Of a stretch of DNA of 61,059 bases, positions 1 through 10,174 are shown piece after piece. A model generated the notes under the pieces. The model ran no database searches, was not told the origin of the DNA, and saw only the letters and a list, made by a program, of their open reading frames with translations. The translations under genes were made by a program, and so were the position numbers. Position 1 is the first letter of the stretch, and each line of letters opens with the position of its first letter. The DNA comes from an uncultured Bacilli bacterium (lineage in GTDB: Bacteria; Bacillota_I; Bacilli_A; RF39; UBA660), in contig CANRHC010000002.1 in assembly GCA_947630305.1 (NCBI GenBank), positions 1-61,059 of the forward strand. The letters are read 5' to 3'.

Positions 1-92
1 TTATCATATTTTAAAATATGTTTTAATGACTTACTTCCCATATTTAAAAATGCGGGAACTTTCAATTTTATTTTTGGTTTTCTTAAAGTATA

Positions 93-121
93 TTGAAAAA
101 CAATAAAAAAATTGTTATAAT
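93..121 (+). promoter_or_regulatory. sigma-A-type promoter of the first operon
   Basis: TTGAAA (93-98), 17 nt spacer, TATAAT (116-121). TG at 113-114 gives an extended -10. Confidence 0.5.
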
Positions 122-160
122 TATAACCAATGTTTAATAGTTTTGAAGGGATGTTTATAT

Positions 161-1429
161 ATGATGACTATAAAAAAAGTTACAGTTATTGGGGCAAATG
201 GTACAGTAGGAAGTCAAGTTGCGGGAATTTTTGCTTCTTTTGGTGGTGCACAGGTTTATTTAATTTCAAAATCTAAAGAAAAATCTGAACAGGCAGTTTT
301 AAAAGCTTCTTTATCTGTTAAAGCAATATCTATAGAATCACGTCTCATTCCTAAAACTTATGATGATCTAAAAAATTGTATTGAAGATTCCGATTTAATT
401 TTTGAATCAGTATCTGAAAATTTATCTTTAAAAAAAGAGATTCACTCCCAAATTGCAAAATTTGTAAAAAAAGATTGTCTTATTTCAACTGGAACATCTG
501 GACTTTCAATTGATGAATTAGCTTGTTGTTATGAAGAAAGTTTAAGAGAAAACTTTTTTGGAATTCATTTTTTTAATCCACCATATAGTTTAACCTTGTG
601 TGAATTAATTCCATGTAATTATGTGAAACAAGATACTATCAAAAATATGAAATCTTATTTAGAGAATCAATTAATTAGAGATGTTATAATTGTAAAAAAT
701 ACTCCGGCCTTTTTGGCAAATAGAATTGGTTTTAAATTTATGAATGAAGCTTTACAATATGCCTTAAAATATAAAGATAAAGGTGGAATAGATTATATTG
801 ATGCTATTTTAGGTTGTTATACTGGTAGAAATATGCCACCTATTCTAACAGTAAACTTTGTTGGTTTAGATGTCCATAAAGCTATTGTTGACAATTTGTT
901 TTCAAGTGTTTATGAAGAAGGATTTGTTTTACCAGAATATGTTAATGATTTAATTATGGATGGTAAAATTGGTTTAAAAGCTGGTGTGGGACTTTATAAA
1001 ATATGTGATGATAAAATTTTGGTATACGATATTCAAAGTAAGCAATATCGTGAAAAAATAGAATACAAATTTGATTTTAAAGAAAAAGCAATTGCTGAAT
1101 TTAAAAAGGCCCATTATTTTGAAGGTTTTAAATGTATTATTGAAGATGAATCTATAGAAAGTAAAATTTGTATGTCTTTTTTGTTAAATTATGTTATTTA
1201 TTCTGTTAATTTGGCCAAAGAAATAAGTGAAAATATATTAGATTGTGATGTTGCAATGGTTTATGGTTTTAATTGGATACCACCAATATCTTTAATTGAA
1301 CTTATGGGTGGACCTAAAAAGTTTATTCTATTATGTCATAAATATTTAGGCGAGGGAAATTATGACGATATTTTAAATCTTAAAAAAAGTAATATTGATT
1401 ATCGATCATATATAAAAGCTAAAAATTAG
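161..1429 (+). CDS. 3-hydroxyacyl-CoA dehydrogenase family protein (NAD-binding)
   Basis: N-terminal Rossmann motif [15 protein letters not shown] and the family motif HFFNPP. The ORF track starts at TTG 143; ATG 161 sits 10 nt after GAAGGG. Confidence 0.7.
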   Translation: MMTIKKVTVIGANGTVGSQVAGIFASFGGAQVYLISKSKEKSEQAVLKASLSVKAISIESRLIPKTYDDLKNCIEDSDLIFESVSENLSLKKEIHSQIAKFVKKDCLISTGTSGLSIDELACCYEESLRENFFGIHFFNPPYSLTLCELIPCNYVKQDTIKNMKSYLENQLIRDVIIVKNTPAFLANRIGFKFMNEALQYALKYKDKGGIDYIDAILGCYTGRNMPPILTVNFVGLDVHKAIVDNLFSSVYEEGFVLPEYVNDLIMDGKIGLKAGVGLYKICDDKILVYDIQSKQYREKIEYKFDFKEKAIAEFKKAHYFEGFKCIIEDESIESKICMSFLLNYVIYSVNLAKEISENILDCDVAMVYGFNWIPPISLIELMGGPKKFILLCHKYLGEGNYDDILNLKKSNIDYRSYIKAKN

Positions 1430-1440
1430 GAAGTGATAAA

Positions 1441-2694
1441 ATGAAAGATGTGTATGTTTTAGGTGGAGCTCAAACGGATTTTTCAAGAAATTGGTCGAAA
1501 GAAAATAAAGGTGTATTAGCTTTATTAAAAGAAGTTAGTGATGATTTATTTAAAAATACTATTCTTGATGAAGAAGATGTTATAAAGTTGAATAAAGAAA
1601 ATAGAATAGCTTTATTTATTGGTAATTTTGCAGCTGAGTATTATATTAATCAAGGACATTTAGGACCTTTAATGACTGAAGTTAATCCTTGTTTTTATGG
1701 TGTGCCATCTGCTAGGTATGAAGCCGCTTGTGCATCTAGTTCAGTAGCTTTAGATGCAGCTATAACAAAAATTAAAGCAAATGATTACGATGTTGCTATT
1801 GTTATTGGATGGGAACTTATGAAAACTGTTAATTCAAAACTTTGTGCAGATTATTTAGGAAGAGCTTCTTTATATGATGTTGAAGCAAAAAATATTTCCT
1901 TTCCTTTTCCAAAATTATTTGGTCATTTAGCTGAAGAAACAATTAAAAAATATAATTTAGATGAAAAAAGATATTATGAAAATTTAGCAACAATTTCAGC
2001 GAATAATTATAAAAATGCTAAACGTAATCCTTATGCTCAAACAAGAAATTGGTTTATGGATAAAAATCAAGCCAATTGTAGGGGTAGTAAAACTAATGAA
2101 AATGTTGGAGCTTTAAATATTTCTGATTGTTCACAGATTACTGATGGTGCAGTTTGTGTTTTATTAGCTAATGAAAATTTTATAAATTCTAAAAATAAAA
2201 ATATTTATGATTATCCAATTGTTAAAGGTTATGGTCATCGTGTTGCACCATTTGTATTTGAACATAAAATTAATGAAAGTAAAGATAATGATTATATTTT
2301 ACCTTGGACAAGGCAAGCATGTTTAGATGCTTATAATAAAGCTGGTATGAGTGTTGATGATATTGATGTTTTTGAAACACATGATTGTTTTACATCTAGT
2401 GAATATATGGCTATTTCAGCATTTGGAATTACAAAACCTGGTAAAGAATATGAAGCTATTGAAAACAAAATTATTGATTTTGATGGTAAAAAACCAATCA
2501 ATCCTAGCGGTGGTTTAATTGGATGTGGTCATCCCGTTGGAGCTACTGGTGCTAGAATGTTTTTGGACTTATATAAGCAAGTTACCAATCAGGCTGGAAA
2601 GTATCAAATAAAAAATGCTAAAAATGGTATGATGCTTAATTTAGGTGGTACTGCAACTACGAATTATTGTTTTATAATAGGAATGAAAGAATAA
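1441..2694 (+). CDS. thiolase-like acetyl-CoA C-acyltransferase family protein
   Basis: Active-site Cys context [11 protein letters not shown] and C-terminal [17 protein letters not shown], both typical thiolase signatures. Confidence 0.75.
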   Translation: MKDVYVLGGAQTDFSRNWSKENKGVLALLKEVSDDLFKNTILDEEDVIKLNKENRIALFIGNFAAEYYINQGHLGPLMTEVNPCFYGVPSARYEAACASSSVALDAAITKIKANDYDVAIVIGWELMKTVNSKLCADYLGRASLYDVEAKNISFPFPKLFGHLAEETIKKYNLDEKRYYENLATISANNYKNAKRNPYAQTRNWFMDKNQANCRGSKTNENVGALNISDCSQITDGAVCVLLANENFINSKNKNIYDYPIVKGYGHRVAPFVFEHKINESKDNDYILPWTRQACLDAYNKAGMSVDDIDVFETHDCFTSSEYMAISAFGITKPGKEYEAIENKIIDFDGKKPINPSGGLIGCGHPVGATGARMFLDLYKQVTNQAGKYQIKNAKNGMMLNLGGTATTNYCFIIGMKE

Positions 2695-2711
2695 AAGGGT
2701 AGGTTTTCAGA

Positions 2712-3713
2712 ATGAAAAATTTAATAGCCAAAAAAAAGTATGATGGAATAGATATTATTAAATTTCTGATGGCAGTAATAGTTGTAGCAAGTCATACTCA
2801 ATTATATTCTAGAACCGATCCTTTTTTAACAACAATATATGATTTAATAAGAGATTGTGTAGTACCATTCTTTTTTCTAGCAAGTGGTTTTTTCTTATAT
2901 AAAGAAACAAATCAAGAAGAAAAATTAAAAAGTTGTTTAAATGGAATTATTAAACTTTATTTTATATGGAGTATTATTTATCTTCCATTTTCTATTTATG
3001 AATATATTAATAAGGATTATTCTTTAATTAGAGCAGTTTTATCATATACAAAAGACTTTTTATTTAAAGGACAACATTATTATTCATGGCAATTATGGTA
3101 TTTGTTATCTTTTATTTATGCTTTAATTGGAATTATATTTTTGAAAAAAAGAAAATTAAGTGATAAACAAATTTTAATTGTTAGTTTTCTTATTTATCTT
3201 TTAGGAATTATTATTACTAATAATTATAAAATTATTCCATTTGTTTCATTGTTTAATTCTATTTTAGGCACAGGAAGATTATTTACAGGTATGTTTTTAA
3301 TCTATATGGGAATATTTATTAGAAAATATAATATTACTTTATCAAAATTTATCATAGTTTTATTAATGATATTATGTTTTATAATATCAGTTATATTTCC
3401 TAATGAAATAAGTAAATTAATTTTGTATATTACTGTTTTTTTATTAGCAATGCAAATAAACAATTTAAAAATAAATACAATTTTTCTTAGAAAATGTAGT
3501 ACAATTTTTTATTATATTCATATGCTAAATATATTTGCTTTTATGTTAATAGTTGGTGAAAGTAATGCATTTGGCATTTATAGTTTTTTAATCAATTTAG
3601 TTATTTGTTTTATAGAAGCAATTATCATATTACTAATTCAAAAAAAATGGGATTTAAAATTTATTAATGTTATATTTAATTGGCCAGGTAATAAAAAAAT
3701 AAAAGAATCTTAA
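2712..3713 (+). CDS. membrane acyltransferase (acyltransferase_3-like)
   Basis: About 10 TM helices. N-terminal GIDIIKFLMAVIVVASH motif, with the conserved His of family-3 O-acyltransferases. Confidence 0.65.
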   Translation: MKNLIAKKKYDGIDIIKFLMAVIVVASHTQLYSRTDPFLTTIYDLIRDCVVPFFFLASGFFLYKETNQEEKLKSCLNGIIKLYFIWSIIYLPFSIYEYINKDYSLIRAVLSYTKDFLFKGQHYYSWQLWYLLSFIYALIGIIFLKKRKLSDKQILIVSFLIYLLGIIITNNYKIIPFVSLFNSILGTGRLFTGMFLIYMGIFIRKYNITLSKFIIVLLMILCFIISVIFPNEISKLILYITVFLLAMQINNLKINTIFLRKCSTIFYYIHMLNIFAFMLIVGESNAFGIYSFLINLVICFIEAIIILLIQKKWDLKFINVIFNWPGNKKIKES

Positions 3714-3771
3714 TTGTCTTCTTCTATTTTATTGGAATTTAGTAATATTATAAAACTATTTTTTTGAGTAA

Positions 3772-3814
3772 AAGATGCTTGAGTTTTAAGAGACTTGCGA
3801 GCATCTTTTTTATT
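3772..3814 (+). terminator. intrinsic terminator after the acyltransferase gene
   Basis: AAGATGCT (3772-3779) pairs with AGCATCTT (3800-3807), followed by a T run. Confidence 0.5.
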
Positions 3815-3955
3815 TTCCTATGTCTTTTCTTTTTTATAATTTTCAATTTTTAGTCTTTTTCTATATTATTTAATCTTAAAATCTACAACAAAAAACTGTA
3901 CTAAAAAATATGCTAAAACTTAATTTTTCAGTTGACGTAGGGAGAGGAGGATACG

Positions 3956-3964
3956 TGCTATAAT
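3956..3964 (+). promoter_or_regulatory. possible extended -10 promoter at the head of the polysaccharide locus
   Basis: TGcTATAAT at 3956-3964. The only good -35 (TTGACG 3932-3937) lies 21 nt away, which is too far, so confidence is weak. Confidence 0.3.
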
Positions 3965-4102
3965 TTTTAAAAGGAATAGTGATTATTTTATGAAGAAACA
4001 AGCAAAAATAAATTTTTATTAAAGATTAATTTGTTTCAAATATTATAAAAAGATGAAATAAATTTAAAAGATAAAATATGATTTAAAAGGAGAGATAAAC
4101 AA

Positions 4103-4996
4103 ATGTTATTAATAATAGGTGCTACTGGACATACAGGAAAATATTTATTAGAAGAATTGAATAAACATAATTATAAAGAAAAAATTAGATTTTTTATTAG
4201 AAATGAGGAAAAGAAAAAAATATTTGAAAGTTATAATTTAAATTATGAAGTTATGATTGGTGATTTAAAAAATGAAGAAGATGTTAAAAAAGCTTGCGAA
4301 GAAATTGATACAATTTTCGAAATATATAATATACGTTATTCAACAAAAGTTCTAGATGCGGCATTATTAAATAAAGTTAAAAGAATTATATTTGTACATA
4401 CTACGGGAATTTATTCAAAACATAAAATGGCATCAGAAGAATATAAGATAATTGAAAAAAAAGTTATTGAAAAAGCTAAAAATAAAATTGATATTACAAT
4501 ATTAAGACCTACTATGATTTATGGTGATATATGTGATCATAATATTGCAAAATTTATAAAAATGTTGGATAAGGTAAAAATATTTCCAATGATTGCCGGT
4601 GGTAAAGCAAAAATTCAACCTGTTAATGCAAGAGATTTAGGAGTAGCGTATTATCAGGTGTTAGTAAATGAGAATATAACTCGTAATAAAGATTATAATT
4701 TGTCGGGTAAAACTGAAATAGAAATAAAAGATATGTTAAAAATTATTAGTAGTAAGTTAAATAAAAAAACGATTTTTATAACTATTCCACTAAGTATCAG
4801 TGTTTTATTCGCGTATGTGATTAAAATATTTTCTTTTGGGAAAGTTGATATAGTAGAAAAAACTTTAAGAATGAATGAAACAAGAATTTTTAGTTATGAA
4901 AAGGCCAAAAAAGATTACGATTATAATCCAATGCCATTAAATCAAGGATTAGATATGGAAATTAAACAATATCTTGATAATACTAAAAAAAATTAA
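4103..4996 (+). CDS. NAD(P)-binding SDR (atypical/extended), candidate sugar-nucleotide 4-reductase
   Basis: N-terminal LLIIGATGHTGKYL glycine-rich motif, strong RBS AAGGAGAG, and position immediately upstream of the CapD-type dehydratase. Confidence 0.55.
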   Translation: MLLIIGATGHTGKYLLEELNKHNYKEKIRFFIRNEEKKKIFESYNLNYEVMIGDLKNEEDVKKACEEIDTIFEIYNIRYSTKVLDAALLNKVKRIIFVHTTGIYSKHKMASEEYKIIEKKVIEKAKNKIDITILRPTMIYGDICDHNIAKFIKMLDKVKIFPMIAGGKAKIQPVNARDLGVAYYQVLVNENITRNKDYNLSGKTEIEIKDMLKIISSKLNKKTIFITIPLSISVLFAYVIKIFSFGKVDIVEKTLRMNETRIFSYEKAKKDYDYNPMPLNQGLDMEIKQYLDNTKKN

Positions 4997-5092
4997 AATG
5001 AAAAGTATATAAGTTTACTTTCTTTTTTTGACAACATTTTAATAATTTACTATTTTCTTAATTTTTTTTGAATAAATACCTATTTAATTATA

Positions 5093-5121
5093 TTGAAAAA
5101 GATAGAAATATATGATAAAAT
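5093..5121 (+). promoter_or_regulatory. sigma-A-type promoter upstream of the capD-like gene
   Basis: TTGAAA (5093-5098), 17 nt spacer, TAAAAT (5116-5121), with TG at 5113-5114. Confidence 0.4.
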
Positions 5122-5202
5122 AACGAGGATTTATAAATGAGAAATCTTTTTATTTATGGGCTATAAGATAAAATTTTTTTTAAATATGGGAGTTGTAAAT
5201 TT

Positions 5203-7077
5203 ATGAAAAAGTTTGAAAATTTAGTAAAAAACAAAAAAAATCAAATTATTATATTTATTTTTATGGATTTAATTTTTTTATTGTTTTCTTCATTATTAGC
5301 TTTAGAACTTCGTTTTGATTTTAGTGTTATTCCAAGTAGGTATATGCATGCTTTATGGAATTCTTATATGATTGATTGCATTTTTATGCTTATTATTTTT
5401 TTATTGTTAAAAATATATACAAGTGTTTGGCGTTATGCATCGGTAACAGAATTGTTAAATGTTATTGATGGTTGTGTATTATTGGAATTTTCATCTTTTA
5501 TATATCATTATTGTTTTAATATTACTCTTCCAAGAAGTTTCTTTATTATTCGTTTATTATTGATGATTATTTTAGTTGGTGGTTCAAGATTTTCTTATCG
5601 AATTATAAGAACAATTTTTATAAAATATAATAAACGAAATAGAAAGAAAAATACAATGATTATTGGAGCCGGTGCAGCAGGAAGACTTTTAATTGATGAA
5701 CTTTATAGTAATAAGAGTGCTGTAAATGAAAAAGTTGTTTGTATGATTGATGATAATCCAAATTTAAAGTTTACTTATTTTAGGAATATTCCAGTAGTTG
5801 GTAATCGAAAAAGTATTTCTAAAAATGTAGAAAAGTATAATGTTTATAAAATTATTATTGCAATGCCATCGGCTCCAAAGGAAGAAATAGCTAAAATTGT
5901 TGATGAATGTCAAAAAACAAAATGTGAAATTAGTATTTTACCTTCTATTTATTTATTGTTAAATAAAGATGGTAAAGAATTAACTAAAAATGTAAGGCCT
6001 CTTTCTTATGAAGATTTTCTTGGTAGAGATCAAATAGTTGTTAATAATGATGAAATAGTAAATAATATTAAGGATAAAGTAATTTTAGTTACTGGTGGGG
6101 GAGGTTCTATTGGTTCAGAATTATGTAGGCAAATTGCTATTGCCTCTCCTAAAACTTTAATTATTTTTGATGTTTATGAGAATAATGCTTATGATATTCA
6201 GCAAGAATTATTAAGAAATTATCCAGAAATTGATTTACATACTCTTATTGGTAGTGTAAGAGATTATGATCGTTTAGAAAAGGTATTTAGAGAATTAAGA
6301 CCAGAGATGGTTTTTCATGCTGCTGCTCATAAACATGTTCCTTTAATGGAAGTAAGTCCAAATGAAGCAGTTAAAAATAATTGCTTAGGGACACTTAATG
6401 TTGCTAAATTATCTTATAAGTATAAAATTCAAAAATTTGTTTTAGTTTCTTCTGATAAGGCTGTAAGACCGACAAATATTATGGGAGCAACAAAAAGAAT
6501 TTGCGAGATGATTATTCAAACTTATGATAAAATAAGTGAGGATACTGATTATGTTGCAGTTCGTTTTGGTAATGTTTTAGGATCTAATGGTTCTGTTATT
6601 CCTCTTTTTTTAAAACAAATAGAAAGTGGGGGTCCTGTAACTGTTACTGATAAAGAAATGCGGAGATTTTTTATGACTATCCCGGAAGCTGTTAGTTTAA
6701 TTTTACAAGCAAGTGTATATGCTAAAGGTGGAGAAATTTTTGTTTTAGATATGGGTGAGCCAATAAAAATTTATGATTTAGCTGAAAAATTAATTCGTTT
6801 TAAAGGATATGAACCAAATGTTGATATTCCAATTAAAATTACTGGTTTAAGACCTGGTGAAAAATTATATGAAGAACGTTTAATGGATGAAGAGGGTTTA
6901 AAAAAGACTCCAAATAAGTTAATTAGTATTGGGCAACCATTAGAAATAACGGAAACTTTTTTGGATGATTTAGATAAATTAATTAAATCTTCTTATGAAA
7001 ATAAAGATGATATTAAAGAGAAAGTTTCAAAGATTGTTACGACATATAAAATTGATAAAGAAAGAGTTGGAAAATAA
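5203..7077 (+). CDS. CapD/PglF/WbpM-type membrane-anchored UDP-HexNAc 4,6-dehydratase
   Basis: Four N-terminal TM helices followed by two Rossmann modules (IIGAGAAGR and VTGGGGSIGSEL). Also has the SDR motifs SSDKAV and MGATKR. Confidence 0.85.
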   Translation: MKKFENLVKNKKNQIIIFIFMDLIFLLFSSLLALELRFDFSVIPSRYMHALWNSYMIDCIFMLIIFLLLKIYTSVWRYASVTELLNVIDGCVLLEFSSFIYHYCFNITLPRSFFIIRLLLMIILVGGSRFSYRIIRTIFIKYNKRNRKKNTMIIGAGAAGRLLIDELYSNKSAVNEKVVCMIDDNPNLKFTYFRNIPVVGNRKSISKNVEKYNVYKIIIAMPSAPKEEIAKIVDECQKTKCEISILPSIYLLLNKDGKELTKNVRPLSYEDFLGRDQIVVNNDEIVNNIKDKVILVTGGGGSIGSELCRQIAIASPKTLIIFDVYENNAYDIQQELLRNYPEIDLHTLIGSVRDYDRLEKVFRELRPEMVFHAAAHKHVPLMEVSPNEAVKNNCLGTLNVAKLSYKYKIQKFVLVSSDKAVRPTNIMGATKRICEMIIQTYDKISEDTDYVAVRFGNVLGSNGSVIPLFLKQIESGGPVTVTDKEMRRFFMTIPEAVSLILQASVYAKGGEIFVLDMGEPIKIYDLAEKLIRFKGYEPNVDIPIKITGLRPGEKLYEERLMDEEGLKKTPNKLISIGQPLEITETFLDDLDKLIKSSYENKDDIKEKVSKIVTTYKIDKERVGK

Positions 7078-7120
7078 TAAAAAAAATTGGAAATTTTTCG
7101 GCCATTAAGGAGTGTATAAT

Positions 7121-9058
7121 ATGCTAAAATTTTTGGAAATCTTAACAATTATAATATTTATTGTCTTTTTAGTTATGGCTTTCATAGCTTTTTTAAGAAA
7201 AGGCAATTCTGTTTATAAAAATGATAAATTACAGCAAAATCCTATGGAAGGCAAAAAGGTTAAATTTGTATTAGATGATAAAGATAATGAAAATGCTGAT
7301 GGAAAGAAAGGTCATTTGCAAGTTATTGGAGAATCTAATTATAAGCAAACTTTTTATGGAAAATATGTTAAAAGGTTTTTAGATATAATTTTATCTTTTT
7401 TTGGACTTGTTATACTAGCACCAGTATATTTGACTTTATGTTTAGCAATTATTATTGATGATCCAGGGCCAGTATTTTTTACTCAAAAAAGAGTAGGAAA
7501 AAATAAAAGATATTTTAAATTGCATAAATTTAGATCTATGAAAATGTGTACGCCACATGATGTACCTACGCATATGTTAGAAAATCCTGAACAATATATT
7601 ACTAAAGTTGGTAAATTCATTAGAGCACATAGTTTGGATGAATTGCCTCAAATATGGGACATTTTTATTGGCAATATGTCTTTTATTGGACCAAGACCAG
7701 GTCTTTGGAATCAAGATGTTTTAATTTCTGAAAGAGATAAATATGGTGCTAATGATATAAAACCAGGTTTAACAGGATGGGCCCAGATTAATGGAAGAGA
7801 TGAAATTAAACTTATAAAAAAAGCTCAATATGATGGTGAATATGCTAAAAATATTAGTTTTAGATTTGATTTAAAATGTTTTTTCTTAACAATAAAAAAA
7901 GTATTTCATGATGATTCAATTGTGGAAGGAAGTCTTAAAAAAAAGCAAATTAAAGTTCTTTTTTTAGCAAATCATTTTATAACATTATACTCTTTTCGAA
8001 AAGAATTAATTAAAAAATTAATTGATGAAAATTATGAAGTATATTTATCTCTTCCAGATGATGATCAGAATAAATACTTTGAAGATTTAGGTTGTAAAAT
8101 CATAATAACTGAGATTGATCGTCGTGGAATAAATCCTTTTAAAGATCTTAAATTATTGAGATTTTATAAAAGGATAATGAATTTAATAAAACCTGATATT
8201 ATATTTTCATATACTATAAAACCTAACATATATGGTACAATTGCTTCAAATAAAAAATTTAGACAAGTTTGTAATATTACTGGTACTGGAGCAACATTTT
8301 TAAAAAATAATATTATTGCTAAAATATGTAAAGTTTTATATAAAAATTCAATTAAAAAATGTTATAAGATTTTTTTCCAAAATACTGGTGATAAAGATTT
8401 TTTCATTGAAAATAAATTGGTAAGTAATAATTATGATATGTTACCGGGTTCTGGTTGTAATTTGGATGAATATCGTTTTGTAGATATGCCTGATGATAAA
8501 ATATTAAGGTTTATATTTATTGGGCGGGTAATGCATTTAAAAGGAATTGATGAATTTTTAGAATCGGCTAAAAGAATTAAAGAAAAATATTCTAATGTAG
8601 AATTTATAATTGCCGGGTGGAACGAAGAAGAAAAGTATAAATCTATAATTAAAGAATATGAATCTAAAAATATTGTAAAATATATTGGATTTAGAAAAGA
8701 TATTAAAGAATGGATTACAAAATGCCATTGTACAATTTTACCATCACATGGTGGTGAAGGAATTCCTAATGTTCTTTTAGAAAGTGCTGCTATTGGTAGA
8801 GTTTGTATTGGTTCAAAAATAAATGGTACAAAAGATGTTATTTCAGATGGAAAAACTGGTTATCTTTTTGATGTTTCAAATGTTGATGATTTAGTGGAAA
8901 AAATTGAAAAATTTATTCATCTTACTACAAAAGAACGTATTCAAATGGGAATTGCTGGTCGTAAGAAAATAGAAAAAGAATTTGACCGCAATATTGTTAT
9001 TAAAAAATACATGGATGAAATTAAAAAAATAGAAAATTTTAAAAATGAAGAAGAGTGA
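7121..9058 (+). CDS. fusion protein: monotopic phosphoglycosyl transferase (bacterial sugar transferase) fused to a GT4 glycosyltransferase
   Basis: The N-terminal half has PGPVFFTQKRVGKN, KFRSM, DELPQ and IGPRP, all PglC/WbaP-type motifs. The C-terminal half from about aa 275 has the GT4 pattern including EGIPNVLLESAAIGR. ATG 7121 lies 8 nt after AAGGAG; the ORF track start is GTG 7112. Confidence 0.8.
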   Translation: MLKFLEILTIIIFIVFLVMAFIAFLRKGNSVYKNDKLQQNPMEGKKVKFVLDDKDNENADGKKGHLQVIGESNYKQTFYGKYVKRFLDIILSFFGLVILAPVYLTLCLAIIIDDPGPVFFTQKRVGKNKRYFKLHKFRSMKMCTPHDVPTHMLENPEQYITKVGKFIRAHSLDELPQIWDIFIGNMSFIGPRPGLWNQDVLISERDKYGANDIKPGLTGWAQINGRDEIKLIKKAQYDGEYAKNISFRFDLKCFFLTIKKVFHDDSIVEGSLKKKQIKVLFLANHFITLYSFRKELIKKLIDENYEVYLSLPDDDQNKYFEDLGCKIIITEIDRRGINPFKDLKLLRFYKRIMNLIKPDIIFSYTIKPNIYGTIASNKKFRQVCNITGTGATFLKNNIIAKICKVLYKNSIKKCYKIFFQNTGDKDFFIENKLVSNNYDMLPGSGCNLDEYRFVDMPDDKILRFIFIGRVMHLKGIDEFLESAKRIKEKYSNVEFIIAGWNEEEKYKSIIKEYESKNIVKYIGFRKDIKEWITKCHCTILPSHGGEGIPNVLLESAAIGRVCIGSKINGTKDVISDGKTGYLFDVSNVDDLVEKIEKFIHLTTKERIQMGIAGRKKIEKEFDRNIVIKKYMDEIKKIENFKNEEE

Positions 9059-9062
9059 TAAT

Positions 9063-10157
9063 ATGAAAATTTTAATTAATACCATGTCTTTAAGTAAAGG
9101 CGGTGCTGAAAGGGTCATTAGTCTTTTGGCAAATTATTTATCTGTATCTAATGAAGTAATGATTATTACTCATGTTAAAACAAAAGTAGAATATAATTTT
9201 GATAATAAAATAATTATAAAGAGTATTGGTAAAGGTAATAATTTAATATCAAAATTTTTAAGAAGAATTTCAATTTTGATGTTATATAGATTAAAAAAAG
9301 AAGTGTTGAATTATAATCCTGATGTTGTTATTTCTTTCTTGCCTGAGGCTATATTTAGAATGTTAGCTTTAAAAAAACATTGTAAAAAAATTAAAAATAT
9401 TCCGATGATAATTTCAATAAGAAATGATCCTGAAACAGAATATAAAAATCTAGTTTATCACTTTATTATGAAAAAGTTATATCCATATGCCGATCAGATG
9501 ATACTTCAAACAATAAAAGCCAAAGAGTATTTTAAAAAGCATATTAATTATGAAGGAACGGTAATTTTTAATCCAGTTTCTGATGAATTTTTAACAAAAC
9601 GTTATAGTGGTGTACGACAAAGAAAAGTGGTAGCAGTTGGAAGATTAGAACCTCAAAAAAATTATAAAAATATGATCGATGCATTTGAAATAGTTCATAA
9701 AAAACATAATGATTATGTTTTAGAAATTTATGGTGATGGAAGTCAAAAAAATATATTAAAAGAGTATATAAACACTAAAAATTTACAAGATTATATTTTT
9801 TTAATGGGAAAATCTGATAATATAAAAGAAAAAATATATGATGCTTCTTTATTTGTGATGTCATCAAATTATGAAGGAATGCCAAATGCTTTATTAGAAG
9901 CTACTTGTTTGGGAATTCCATGTGTAAGTACAGATTGTCCATGTGGCGGGCCAGATGAAATTTTAGATCATGGTAAAAATGGAATTTTAGTGCCTATTAA
10001 AAATCCAGAAGAATTATCAAAGGGAATATGTAAATTAATTGAAGAACCTAAGCTAGCTGAAAAGTATAGTATAAATTCTTGTAAAAATGCTAAAAAATTT
10101 AATAAAGACTTAATATTAAAACAATGGTATAATGAAATAGATAAGATTATTAAATAA
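9063..10157 (+). CDS. GT4-family glycosyltransferase
   Basis: GGAERV near the N-terminus and EGMPNALLEATCLGIPCVSTD (E-x7-E region). ATG 9063 is preferred over 9045. Confidence 0.8.
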   Translation: MKILINTMSLSKGGAERVISLLANYLSVSNEVMIITHVKTKVEYNFDNKIIIKSIGKGNNLISKFLRRISILMLYRLKKEVLNYNPDVVISFLPEAIFRMLALKKHCKKIKNIPMIISIRNDPETEYKNLVYHFIMKKLYPYADQMILQTIKAKEYFKKHINYEGTVIFNPVSDEFLTKRYSGVRQRKVVAVGRLEPQKNYKNMIDAFEIVHKKHNDYVLEIYGDGSQKNILKEYINTKNLQDYIFLMGKSDNIKEKIYDASLFVMSSNYEGMPNALLEATCLGIPCVSTDCPCGGPDEILDHGKNGILVPIKNPEELSKGICKLIEEPKLAEKYSINSCKNAKKFNKDLILKQWYNEIDKIIK

Positions 10158-10174
10158 AAAGGGAGGAATTTTAT

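Noticed and set aside
3932-3937. TTGACG as the -35 of the glycan-locus promoter.
   Set aside because: It lies 21 nt from the TATAAT at 3959-3964, outside the functional 16-18 nt range. Only the extended -10 is retained, at low confidence.
3990-4022. 10-codon mini-ORF (MKKQAKINFY) in the leader of the glycan locus, considered as a leader peptide.
   Set aside because: There is no adjacent terminator/antiterminator structure and no meaningful RBS spacing. Such mini-ORFs occur by chance in AT-rich DNA.
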